Positions 16,031-28,876 of a stretch of DNA of 64,000 nt are shown here, in pieces. Each line of letters starts with the position of its first letter. The first letter of the stretch is position 1. Origin of the DNA: Octopus vulgaris (taxonomy: Eukaryota); contig OX597838.1 in the NCBI GenBank assembly GCA_951406725.2, positions 39,742,001 to 39,806,000 on the forward strand, in the 5' to 3' direction. A program made the position numbers and the translations under genes. The notes beneath the pieces were generated by a model. It was not told the origin of the DNA. It did not search any database and worked only from the letters and a program-made list of their open reading frames with translations.

Positions 16031-16047
16031 TTAGTGTTGCAGATTTC

Positions 16048-16075
<28 letters not shown>

Positions 16076-16080
<5 letters not shown>

Positions 16081-16372
16081 AAATAAGAAAATGGAGAAAT
16101 ACATCCAAATCAAATATCAATTACCAGATAATACCCAATCACATACTTTATTAAACCACCACATAAGAAACTTTAAGGACAAACATAATAAAGTACAACA
16201 AAATAGTGTACATAAAGGAGTGGTGTACTCCTTTATGTACACTATTTTGTTGTACATTATTATGTTTGTCCTTAAAGATTCTTATGTGGTGGTTTAATAA
16301 AGTATGTGATTGGGTATTATCTGGTAATTGATATTTGATTTGGATGTATTTCTCCATTTTCTTATTTTGTAT
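16076..16372. repeat. Near-perfect palindrome, 146-bp arms, 5-nt loop
   Basis: 16076-16221 is the reverse complement of 16227-16372; part of an element (to ~16543) bounded by (TA)n. Confidence 0.95.
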
Positions 16373-16541
16373 TATGAATTTGTGGTAAAACATTTTACCT
16401 TTGCCCATATAACACAGTAAATGAATTAATTGCATCGCAATCATTAACATTTATGTATTAACTTTGTTGGGTACTTCACTAGCAGTATATTGGATATATG
16501 TTATCCCATGGAGGGTTGCATTTACAACCCCTATCTCAATT

Positions 16542-16606
<65 letters not shown>

Positions 16607-16701
16607 GTATGTATGTATATATATATGTATATATATGTATATATATACATATATATATATATATTGTATATATGTATATATGTATATATATATATGTATG
16701 T

Positions 16702-16741
<40 letters not shown>

Positions 16742-16750
16742 GTGTGTATG

Positions 16751-16786
<36 letters not shown>

Positions 16787-16814
16787 TGTGTGTATGTATA
16801 TATGTGTGTGTATG

Positions 16815-16860
<46 letters not shown>

Positions 16861-16867
16861 GTATATA

Positions 16868-16937
<70 letters not shown>

Positions 16938-17330
16938 ATACATGTATATAAATTAGAGAAGAACCACCATGTAGCAATTCAACAATGATATACTTAAATC
17001 ATACCATAGAGAAAAAAATTAAAGATACGATAAAACATTTAGCTAGAACTAAATAAAGTACGAAATAATTAATGAATAAATAGTATATAATTAGTGAGGA
17101 TGTGTTTCAGTTTTCATTTGTGAATGTAAGTGCAGAATAGACAACAACAACAACAACAACAACAACAGTAGCAGCAGCACCATGGTTAGCAAAATAATTT
17201 GAAATTTTTCTTGTTTCGTTGACATTTTGGGGTTTTATGAAAGGGAACGAGGGTGGGGCAGGAGCAGGTGTAGGGCTGGCGGGGTTCGTTTTGCTGAAAG
17301 ATCAACTCATTGATGATGAAATGACAAAGT

Positions 17331-17359
17331 TGACCTTTCGGTGACCTTTGCAGAGGTCA
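17331..17359. promoter_or_regulatory. Composite nuclear-receptor response element candidate (DR5 + ER6)
   Basis: TGACCT-ttcgg-TGACCT-ttgcag-AGGTCA: three perfect AGGTCA half-sites in 29 bp. Confidence 0.4.
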
Positions 17360-17644
17360 ATTTAACAGTTTAATAGAGAAGATGGCAACCGGGAGAATAT
17401 GATTGAACAAGTTTTATACACACTGCACTTATGTTACATCATTAGCTGTGTGTATGTGTGTGCATATATATGTATGTGTAAGTATATGTATATGTGTGTG
17501 TGTGTCTGTATATGTATATATGTGTGTGTGTGCATATATATGTGTGTGTATATATATGTATATGTGTATGTGCGTGTGTGAGTATATGTGTGCGTGTGTC
17601 TGTATATGTATATATGTGTGTGTGTATATATATATGTGTATACT

Positions 17645-17853
17645 CTTTTATTTGTTTCAGTCATTTGACTGTGGCCATGCTGGGGCACCACCTTTAATCG
17701 AGCAACTCGACCCCGGGATTTATTCTTTTGTAAGCCCAGTACTTATTTTATCGGTCTCTTTTGCCGAACCGCTAGGTAACGGGGACATAAACACACCAGC
17801 ATCGGTTGTCAAGCGATTCTAGGGGAACAAACACAGACACAGAAACACACACA

Positions 17854-17903
<50 letters not shown>

Positions 17904-18070
17904 TATGAGGGGCTTCTTTTCAGTTTCCGTCAACCAAATCCACTCACAAGGCTTTGGTCAGCCCGAGGTTATAGTAGAAGACACTTGCCCAAGGTGCCAC
18001 ACAGTGGGACTGAACCCGGAACCATGTGGTTGGTAAGCAAGCTACTTACCACACAGCCACTCCTGCACCT
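17645..18070 (-). mobile_element. SINE family 1, full copy
   Basis: tRNA-like head aggagtggctgtgtggtaag...gggttcagtccc, internal (TA)n, CR1-like tail. Confidence 0.9.
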
Positions 18071-18072
18071 AT

Positions 18073-18398
18073 ATAAAAAGGAGCACTCTGTCAGTTACGA
18101 CGACAGGGGTCCCAGCTGATCCGATCAACGGAACAGCCTGCTTTGCTTGTTAGATTCCATGCAAGTGGCTGAATACTCCACAGACACATGGACCCCTTTA
18201 CATAATTCTCAGGGAGATTCAGTGTGACAAGCCTGGCCCTTTGAATTACTGGTACAACTCATTTTTGCCAGCTTAGTGGACTGGAGCAACGTGAAATAAA
18301 TTGTCTTGCTCAAGGATACAGCACATCGCCAGGAATTGAACTCATGACCTTACGATCATGATCTGACTGTCCTGACCACTAAGCCATGCGCCTTCACT
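18073..18398 (-). mobile_element. tRNA-derived SINE, another family (also 47810-48080)
   Basis: Head gaaggcgcatggcttagtgg...gagttcaattcc followed by a ccttgagcaagac body. Confidence 0.8.
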
Positions 18399-18768
18399 AA
18401 AGAAAAAATATGTGTGTGGAGGCGCAATGGCCCAGTGGTTCGGGCAACGGACTCGCAGTCGGATCGGATTGCGGTTTCAATATGTGTGTGCGCGTGTACG
18501 TATGTACACATATTATGTGTTTAGGTGTATATATATATGTATGTCAAGCATTGATTGGTCAACCATCTGTTCTTTTAGAAACCCAAGGGAGTGCCAAGTG
18601 AAGAATGGCCACAACATTTTCTTTATATTTTTATTTTTATATTTTATTTTTTTCCATTTCTTTCTTTCTCATTTTCAAGAACACACATTACATGTATGTA
18701 TGAATGTTTATGAAAATGTACACACACAATAGGTTCCTCCATATGTGTATATATATGTGAGTGTATGT

Positions 18769-18829
<61 letters not shown>

Positions 18830-18918
18830 TATATCCAATGTAGGAAAACTTTTTTTCGAAAATAAAATTTTATCAATGGCCAGCATATTAAAAAATATCT
18901 TTAAAGGTTAAATTATAA

Positions 18919-19286
18919 ACAACTTATAAATAAGGGCAAACGAAAAATTTTCTATCGCTAAATATGCCGAAAATTTGACATATTGTCCATTTTGGGGTAC
19001 TTAGTTGTGCTCATGACTTAGTGTTTACTTCTTCCATGGATATGAGTAAGTATCTCATTTACTTCTTTGCCACATGTATCACTGACGAAGGGAGGGTTCT
19101 TTTTTAACTAACCCTGAAATCGGTCCGCTATGGTAATAATGGAATTTTTTAGAGATTTCTGTCGACCTTCTTTCGAGTAGCGTGCGTACTGGGAAAAAGA
19201 AAATTATATGGTAAATGGACAATATGTCCAATTTTCGGCATATTTGGCATTAGAAATATTTTCGTTTGCCCTTATTTATAAGTTGT
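18919..19286 (+). mobile_element. Penelope-like pLTR relic with ~74-bp inverted ends and a decayed hammerhead (19075-19132)
   Basis: 18919-18992 is inverted relative to 19213-19286; internal CTGACGA-aggg..ccct-GAAA-tcgg-TC. Confidence 0.6.
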
Positions 19287-19632
19287 ATATATGTTTATAT
19301 GTAGGGATATATGTGTGGGTGTACATAGCAACACACCTACTATTGAAAAACAAACCCTCTTTTTCCTTCTCCCTTTCCATTTCTTACAACGGTCATTCAA
19401 AAAATACAAAAAGACCCCAAAAAAAGAAAAAAGAGAAAAATACAGTTTTAAAACACACACACCCATATTCTCTCTCTTTCACCTTCTCCATCCCTCTATC
19501 GCTCTATCACTCCCTCTCTCTCTGTTTCACCTTCTCCCTCCCTCTATTCCCCATTATATACACACACGCACACTCTCTCTCCCCCACTTCATTTACCAAT
19601 AATATAAAAACAGGCAAAACTTTTAAAACTGA

Positions 19633-19675
19633 CATTTCTGATGAAACTACAGGAGTAGTTGAAAGCGTTAATATG
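19633..19675 (+). ncRNA. Minimal type I hammerhead ribozyme motif
   Basis: cattt-CTGATGA-aactac(agga)gtagtt-GAAA-gcgt-TA-atatg: intact core, perfect 6-bp stem II, stem I 4/5 paired. Confidence 0.7.
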
Positions 19676-19700
19676 AAGTAATATGTGATATATAAATAAA

Positions 19701-20012
19701 TGTGGAGGCGCAATGGTCTAGTTGTTAGGGCAGCGGACTCGCGGTCATAGGATCACGGTTTTGATTCCTAGACTATGCTTTGTGAGTGTTTATAGAGCGA
19801 AAACACCTAAAGCTTCACGAGGCTCCGGCAGGGGGTGGTGGAAATCCCTGCTGTACTCTTTCACCGCAATTTTCTCTCATGCTTTCTTCTGTTGGCCTGC
19901 TCACTTAGCCAGCAGGGTGGCGTCACTTGAAGGCTAAAACAATGCGAAACGCATTGTGACCAGCGATGTGTAGCAACATCTGATAGCCTGGGCGGTCACG
20001 GTGATCACGTTG
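19701..20012 (+). mobile_element. tRNA-Arg-like (OR-type) SINE, tail type A
   Basis: ggaggcgcaatgg...gactcgcggtc...gattcc head; ends in (gtgatcac) repeats; homologues at 34975-35245 and 37637-37910. Confidence 0.85.
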
Positions 20013-20110
20013 ATATATATGAATATATATTTTCACAACCATCCAGCATTCTGAACATCTTTTTTCTTTCATATATATTAAATCTGTACATCACCCCCAA
20101 TACTTCCAAT

Positions 20111-20169
<59 letters not shown>

Positions 20170-20309
20170 ATCTAAGAGGTAATGGTGTCATTGAGACCCA
20201 AAGTCGTCAGGTAATGCTGAATAAGTGCCATAGACTGACCATAGTTAAGTTCCAGGTTCGGTGATTTGGGGAATAAGGGGTTCAACGTTGGTCATCTGTC
20301 AGTGTGTGT

Positions 20310-20763
20310 AAATAAGAATTTTTTGCGTAATGCGATAAAAAACCAAGGCTGTGTAGATATTAGAACATTTATAGATAGAAGGTCTTACACCTGTTTCCAG
20401 TATATTTATTAATTATATCCCTTCATTGGAGATGATGTGGGAGGATTGTTAATTAATAGTTAATTTAGATAGGATACAAAATAGAAAGTGAGGTGGAGGA
20501 AAGAAAATAGATGTGAGATATGTAGGGGTATTGAATTTTTAGATCCATTTTTTAGGCAGAATGCTAGATATGTAAGATTCCAATACTTTGTGAGAAAAAT
20601 CCAGCAGTATTTAAAATTGTTTATTCCAAGTATAAAGTTTATACACAATGTAAGATTCCAATACCTTATGAGTAAGATTCAACAGTATTTAAAAGTGGTC
20701 ATTCCAAGTACAGAATTTATACACTATGTGTTTTTTTAATATCATTATGCAAAAAATTCTTAT
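20310..20763 (-). mobile_element. Penelope-like relic with ~30-bp inverted ends and a decayed hammerhead (20383-20432)
   Basis: ataagaattttttgc.taatg is inverted at both ends; minus strand reads tct-CCAATGA-..-GAAA-caggtg-TA-aga. Confidence 0.5.
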
Positions 20764-22529
20764 ATATATATACATATACATACATATAAAAGTAATCAAT
20801 TTAATGTCAGATTATAGAGTGATCAATGGTTCTGCATTCACAAAGCATTTGTAGATGCAAAACATTTGGTCAATCTATGACTGGACATCAACTCAATAAC
20901 TTCAATAAATTAGTGCCCAATGTTTACACACACACACACACAAACATATATATACATATATATAAATTTTACTTTCAATAGCTAGAAGTGAGACATACTT
21001 CTGATGACACCCACACACACATATAACTCCATCCCCAACCTCTTGACACCTTCCATACATCATCTCTTACTTTGTGTGGGTTTTCCCCTTGCATCTTGTC
21101 ACCAACATCTTATTTTCATCCCAGATACTCCCATCCACTCTTAGGTAAAAGTATGTTAACTGTGTATCTTCCCTATATTAAAACATTTCTTCCTTGGTGC
21201 AAAATCACATCCCAGGCCCTTTATTAAACCCTCTCCTCCCACTTAGCGAAGAGAACTGCTTTTTCTTTCTCCTATTTTTTCATATCTTACAAGTTACTTG
21301 TCAACCCCTCACTGGTGCTGGTAGTAAGAAACAAGCCCCCAGTGCACACTGAGAAGTCGTTAGCGCTAGGAAGGGCATCCAGCTGTGGAAACAATAGCAA
21401 AGTTGACATGTATTGATGAGGAATATGAGGGAGGGAAGGAGAAAGCAGGAAGGAAAGACGAATGGATGGATGGTTGGACGAGTACGTACATAGATAAATG
21501 TACACGGACATTCTTAAGTACAGACAAACATGTTTGTATCACTATAAAATAAACTGCGACCATCCCGAAGTATCAGCTCGTAGGTTCCGTTCAGGAATGG
21601 AACACCAGAACTTATTTTTCGTTTGGTAGTTATAGTGTTGGAGTCTTTCGTTGCAGGAATGTAAACAAACTAACAATGGTTTTCGAACACTTATGGGAGA
21701 AACACACACGCGTCTCCATCCCACCTCGAACCATCATCACTGTCTGACAAGTTTTGTTGGTTTCTTTCCGTACCTGACGCTTTGGGGGTTCGGTAACAGG
21801 ATAGCGTAAAAGAAGCAACACACATGAAAAGAAGAAGTCAGTTTCTAGTTTTCTATCTTTTGTCCTCATTCGGATTGTTTTTTTTTTATTACAATTCACA
21901 TTTTCAGAAAGTAATTATAGCAATAAAAATCATAGAATTTACCACTTGAGGTTTAGCATCAGACAATTGTGGAATAATATAAGGTTTACAAAGGTCGGAT
22001 ATTTAGATCGTTTCGTTGACATTCCGTGTCGCTTTTCTGAAGTGTCCTTTACTTATATTTCCCGCGAAATCCAATCCTTCGGGTGATTAACGTTAATTCA
22101 CATTAAACTGGATTTATTTATCATAAGAGGTAAGATATAACACATTTCTTTAATAAAAGCCAATGAACCCGGCTACTTGACAGTGAAAGTTTTAAATATT
22201 GCTAGTCTGACATCGATATAAATTCTGTACTCCGGTAAACTTCTTTAATTAGGCGAATAAAATCTAAATTGTATTTTCTTTGGTATTGCCATGAAAAAGC
22301 ACCAAATTTTAAATTTCTTTTATTACAGTAAATATTCCATTTGCTAATTGTCCCCATCCAAAGCCGTCTATTGTTTTATCTTAAAATTATCACTTGCTAC
22401 ATATCTCTGCTGTTTTGTTCTCACAAAATGATCCGCGTTAATAGTTTAAATGTTTTTTCTCCGTTGCAATCGTCTTGATTGCTCTCATATATATAATCAA
22501 TTAATCCCAATTATAGATTGTATATTCTA

Positions 22530-22850
22530 ATTAAAGTGTTTGGTTTTTCGCTGGAACTGAGCGGATTAGCAAATGTCGCTTTGTTGTTCCTTTGACTGGT
22601 CAGAAGCGTGACAAAGCGACATTGCTTCCACTAATTGAAAAATACATCAAACCTGGCTCAGTTATGTACAGTGATTCCTGGACGGCTTCCAAAGATATAC
22701 AAACATTGGGTTCTCAGCATTACATGATAAACCACAAAGAAAACTTTGTTGACAGTATACATGCACCCGGCGATTTTTAATAGCCTAGTATTCCTTCAAA
22801 CTATCTACACCTGTACCTGGCCAATTATTTATTTATCTTTGCTAGAGAAA
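22530..22850 (+). mobile_element. Merlin (IS1595/ISXO2-like) transposase fragment
   Basis: KRDKATLLPLIEKYIKPGSVMYSDSW...HYMINHKENFVD matches the R...TL.P.I...I.PGS.I.SD.W..H..VNH..NFVD core. Confidence 0.85.
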
Positions 22851-23149
22851 AATGAATGATGCTGCACCAATTTTTTTAGCTTGTATTAGATAATTTTGAC
22901 TTCGTTACCCATTAAAAGAATTGCATTATGTTTTTAACTTATCTCTCTACTTTTATATAATATATTGCGTGTGTAGGCATGTATAAATCTATATATAGAG
23001 AGAGATTTTAAAAGTGTCCCCTATATATGGTTTTCTAACCTGGCAACCCTATCCAAACGTGTCCCTTATGAGCCGATACAATTGATGATACAGCATAGAA
23101 TTCACACTTGATCAATGTATGATAAAAGTTACACATTCCTCCAAACTAA

Positions 23150-23597
23150 TCTACAATAAATGTTTGTTTTCAAGTTATATAATTTGATGACATTTTTTAA
23201 TATACAAAATACTTGATATTACAAAAAATAACTCTGAGCACCTCTTCAAACTCCACCCGTCTCACAGCTGTGGATATGTTTACAAAGTCAGAAAACAGCA
23301 CAGCTCCCATGGCTTTCGGAAACATTTTTTCATGCTAAGAGTTGCTGAAGCATGGAGCAAACTGTCGGCATCAGTTGTTAGTTGTCGGAGCACTGCATCC
23401 TTCAAAACTTCCATGCTTCCTGAGATTTGCCATCACCACACCCGATTTTCTCCTCTCCATACACACGCATGTATGTATCTGACTCATACACTGTTCACTT
23501 CCCAGACATTTGTACATTACAGCATATACTTTATATGCACTTTCTGACAAGTTGTGGTGCACCTGAGCACTGTATACAATAATTTCATTATTATTAT
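23150..23597 (+). mobile_element. CR1/L2-group LINE 3' end
   Basis: RKHFFMLRVAEAWSKLSASVV...FK, then a 3' UTR ending in (ATT)n. Confidence 0.8.
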
Positions 23598-23934
23598 AGA
23601 AGCTAAGATACAGTGATGAGAGATAAACGAAGGGATAAGTTTGTTCATTAAATGCTAATGATGGTGGTTATCTAGTGAATACGTGATGGAGCCATTGAGT
23701 AGATGGTAGCCATGTGAGAGGGAATGTGTGGAAAATATATTTCCTAGTCACTGATAAAATGTTAAAATATAACAATGGTAGGAAATTCTCAACAGAAGGT
23801 CTTCAGAGACAAAACCCCACTGAGGCAAGTCTTTTGCTCCCTAACTTGTTACATTCTACCACCTATTTCTAAGTTAGCACTCGCTCTCCACTCCACATTT
23901 CACAGCATCTATTTCCTTGTATTTATTGCACATG

Positions 23935-24232
23935 TACATCTCCTACTTTTCGTGTTGACGTTCCACTAATATTGCTGCACATCTTATGTATCCATAACTT
24001 GCACTGGCTACACCTTATCGAATTCCTGCATATTCCTTTTCCATATTTCAAGCAGGGCCATTTCCCTGTAAGATTTGTCTGCTTACTAACTTACTAAGAC
24101 TTTGGTCTCTGTTAAATTAACTCTAAGGCCCACTAATTGCAGACCCTGCTTACACACCTGAAATTTCTTCTCTCTTGCTGGTATTGATTCAGGTGTAAGA
24201 TGATCAGCATAGAGGGTCTCACAGGGGCAGCC
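23935..24232 (-). mobile_element. RTE-clade RT fragment with the same PHD-like insert as 14310-16030
   Basis: GCPCETLYADHL...GLRVNLTETKVLVS...WPC, followed by the Cys-rich segment. Confidence 0.75.
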
Positions 24233-24681
24233 CAGTATATGTGTGTGTGTGTCTGTATTGTGGTTAGTGACTAAATTATAGTGATGTTTATGTTTGATCT
24301 GTAGTGGGTGCTTTCTCAAGGCAGTTTAACTTCTCATAAATACATTCACGCAGCAGAGAAACGATATTCTTGTGAAATATTTGTCTAAAAGGATTGCCCA
24401 ACATTTATTGAATCTTGAGTCTGTGTGCTGCCCCAGATTCCTGAATTCTTTTCTCATCACCTTCTTCTAAGTAAAATGCATTTGACCTCATCGATTTTCT
24501 GTACATTTCTTGTGTTTTTTGCATGTGTATTTGCTTTCCAGCTTATTAAGGCTTTAGTCTTTGCTAAAAATATCTTTTATCATGCTGTTATTGATTCAGG
24601 ATCTCACAGGGGCAGCCCAATATATATATATATATATATATTTATAAATACTAAATCAAATTTCACACAATCAATATAAAA

Positions 24682-25294
<613 letters not shown>

Positions 25295-25304
25295 AATAAT
25301 ATTT

Positions 25305-25927
25305 TTTATATATAAAGAACGTGAAATACACGAAGGGACGAACACAGAACACAGACAAATCATTCGAAGCCTTCAATCTTCAGTCAGACACCGAATCATC
25401 ATAGCAAATTTCGGCTGTTCAATTCTGATATTTGCTCCAACTCGGTCAGCCCCAAGAAAAAAAACTATGCTGTAAGCATTAGATTTCTTGGTAGAAGACA
25501 AGAATGTAAACGCAAGAGACAAACTATTTTGGCGCCCTCCGATTCTTCCCCCCCTCTTCCTTCCATCCTCCTTAATCCCTTCTTTCTCTCTTTCTCTTGG
25601 TCACTGATTCTGTCCTCTGCCTTCCACCCTCTTTGATTCCCTCTCTCTCTGTCTCTCTTTCTCTCTCTCTCCTGCAACCTGCTGCTTCCCTAACCATTCC
25701 GTTGGCGATCGTATCTCGACCAACATGTGTCCCCTCTGCCGAAAAGGTAATTGTTTCTACGCCTGCTGATATGTTGTTGTTGTTTTTGTCTCATTTGGTC
25801 TAAAGTCGTAAGACAACCACCGTTATATTTTGTTTAACCATTACTGTTTTCAATTTCGTTTTCGTCTCTTGTATTTATATCCGTCTCTTGCGTTTACATT
25901 CTTGTCTTCTACCAAGAAATCTAATGC
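25305..25927. mobile_element. Probable Penelope-type relic with 45-bp perfect inverted repeat, right arm ending at a CR1 insertion
   Basis: 25476-25520 is the reverse complement of 25883-25927; CR1 coding sequence starts immediately after. Confidence 0.55.
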
Positions 25928-26850
25928 AATGTGAGCTGGACGAAATATACAAGTGGGCTGAAAAGAATAGCATGCAGTTCAATGCTGAAAAGTTTCAAGC
26001 TTTACACTATCAGCATGCAAAACTGAATGCAATACCCAATGAATACACTGGACCCGGAGGGATTGCAATCCCGGAGGCACAATCAGTGCGTGACCTGGGT
26101 ATTCACATGAGTGATGACGCGACCTTTCATGTACATGTTGCTAAACTGACAATGAAATGTAGACGGCTGGCTGGATGGATTCTTAGAACCTTTAGAACAA
26201 GAGAACAAGAAACCATGATGGTCCTCTGGAAGACACTTGTCCTAAGCCACTTTGACTATTGCTCTCAGCTATGCTCACCATCCAGTGTCAAGTTGATCAC
26301 AGAACTTGAGGCGATCCAAGGAAGCTACACGAAGAAGATAGCCTCTGTGCAGCATATGATCTACTGGGAAAGACTCAAGAGATTAAAGCTCTATTCCCTG
26401 GAGCGTAGGCGAGAAAGATATGCCATAATATATATCTGGAAGATCCTGGAAGGTCTTGTCTCAGACTTTGGCATCGAGAGTCACACAAATGCCAGAACCG
26501 GACGCCACTGCGTAGTACCAAGGACTCCAAATTTGCCATCAAGATGTAGGACAAGATATTGTGATAGCCTGGGCTTCAGAGGCCCACGGCTCTTCAATAT
26601 CCTCCCGAAGAACCTGAGGGACCTGCATGGTGTAGATGCGGATGTCTTTAAAGTAGGACTGGATCTCTTCCTGTCAGGTGTCCCGGATGAACCAACTTCA
26701 CGGCAGGAGGTGCAGATGAGGGCAGCTGCATCGAACTCTCTCATGCATCAGATGGCGTTTGCTAAAAAGCATCCGTGAGGTAAAATCGTGTAGCAAACCA
26801 AATGGCGGTGCCCCAGCATGGCCACAGCTCATTAGCTGAAACTGGAAAAA
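25928..26850 (+). mobile_element. CR1-group LINE, 5'-truncated, intact 3' ORF and 3' UTR
   Basis: ORF 25888-26778: W...N.MQFN.EK, RDLG, ILRTF, DYCSQL, LYSLERRRERY, LFN.LP, PDEP. Confidence 0.93.
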
Positions 26851-27454
26851 TGAAATCAAATCAAAATCAAATCATATATATATATTTATATATGAATAAA
26901 AAACACGGTTATAGAACGAGCATAGAGATGTAAGCATTGGCAGAAACATACTTTTAGTGCATATAAATAGTCTCTATCATTATATATAATTTAAACTTTA
27001 ATTTCCTTTATATTTAACATTCACTATTAATATCCCTACTCTTTCTGTTAGCTACTTATGACGTTATATCATATAACGTTTTTTTAAACAATATTAATAG
27101 CGTTCTGTCTATCGCTATACGAATCCTTCATTTTTTGCTAAAATGTCTTATTGACAAGTTTCGTTTTTTTCACTTTCCCGAAGAGAAGATTGCATTGTTT
27201 ATACCTTTTATTCTTTTGAATAAGTATCAGTGGAATTTTTGAAACATATGTAGAAAGTAAAAATACTTGTTTAAACCTGCGTTAACTCCATTTTTTATTC
27301 ATATTATTCAAATATTCAACGTAAACACGAAGTTTCAACCTTTATAAACAAGGAGTTACAACATCTTTACTTGTGAGATTTTTGCTGCCCTGGTAACTAT
27401 TCATTCATTTATCCGTGTTAACAAGGTAAAATACACTCATCTATTTATAATATA

Positions 27455-27540
<86 letters not shown>

Positions 27541-27574
27541 GGTATATATTGACAGATATATGTATATACATATA

Positions 27575-28840
27575 GGTATTTAAACATATAAGGGATGGCC
27601 ATAATGAGAGAGAGCAGTTAAACTCCCAAAATTCGTAAAAGTGTCATGTCTGCATAATATATTCGAGAGTTATTTCCCCTGCACATTATAATTTAATAAA
27701 AGTAATATAATTATATGTAAGGAAAGTAACTCTGGAAGATGTTATCTAGTTAATTTCCCTAAATATTATTTTATTATTGTTGAAATTATAATTTTCAAGG
27801 GAAGTAACTGTAGAAGATACTTTGTAGTTATCTCCCTTAAGTATGAAGTTATCATAACACACTTTTTCGCTCTTATACTCTTTCAGTTATTTCACTGTGA
27901 CCATGGTGGAGCACCGCCTTTAGTCAAGCAAATCAACCCCAGCAATTATTCTTTGTATGCCTATTACTTAACGTATAGGTCTCTTTTGCAGAACCGATAA
28001 GTTACGGGGACGTAATGTTCGATTTACTGATGAAGGAGGTATTTATTTATTGTATGAACTTCAATTATCATAAATTATGGGCTAGGAAAAATACTAGAAA
28101 CTTTCTTGATAGACCTATTGGGGCTCCTTGTGTGCGTGGGACTGTTTTTATTTATGTGAGTGTGAGTATTTTCATTTCAGTGTGTGTGAGAGTGTTTTTT
28201 TTTCTGTGTGAGCGACTGAGTGTTTCTATTTGTTTGAGTATGTGCGATATTTACAACAAGACAAATACAACAAGCACTTTGAACATTGCTAAGATACCCA
28301 CATTTGAGATCACTAACTACTAAATCAAAATAATTTCAATTTATTGCACCTTTAGTGACTTGAGATGTTGCTCGTATTTTTCCCATATGTCGACAATGTA
28401 TTAATTTCACAAGTGGATGAAAGAAATTCTCATACTGGCGTGGAGGGAGCTTATATTCTAACTGCGAGTGGAAAGCCCCCAATGCCCCTTTACATTCTGA
28501 ATAAATTGTACGTTTGTGCTGGTTAGGGTTTTATGTGTGAGTGTGTAACTGCGTTTTCATTTGTGTGTGTGGGTGCGTATGTTTGTGTGTGTGTGTGTGT
28601 GTTTGTGCGTATATGAGTGTGTGAGAGTTTGGATGTGTAACTCTGTATTTTTTATTTCTATTTGTGTGTGTCTGTGTGTTTGTGCATGTGTAGGTATGTA
28701 ACTGTTTTCATTTCTGTGTTTGACCGCGTGTTTGAGTGTGTGAATATGTATCTGTGTATTTTCATTTGTGTGTTTGTGTTTGTGCGTATGTAAGTGTGTG
28801 TGTGTGTTTGTGAGTATTTTTTTCAGTGTTTCTTTAGAAG

Positions 28841-28876
<36 letters not shown>

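Noticed and set aside
25360-25450. Possible hammerhead on the minus strand (CTGAAGA...GAA)
   Set aside because: The stems do not pair in any standard topology.
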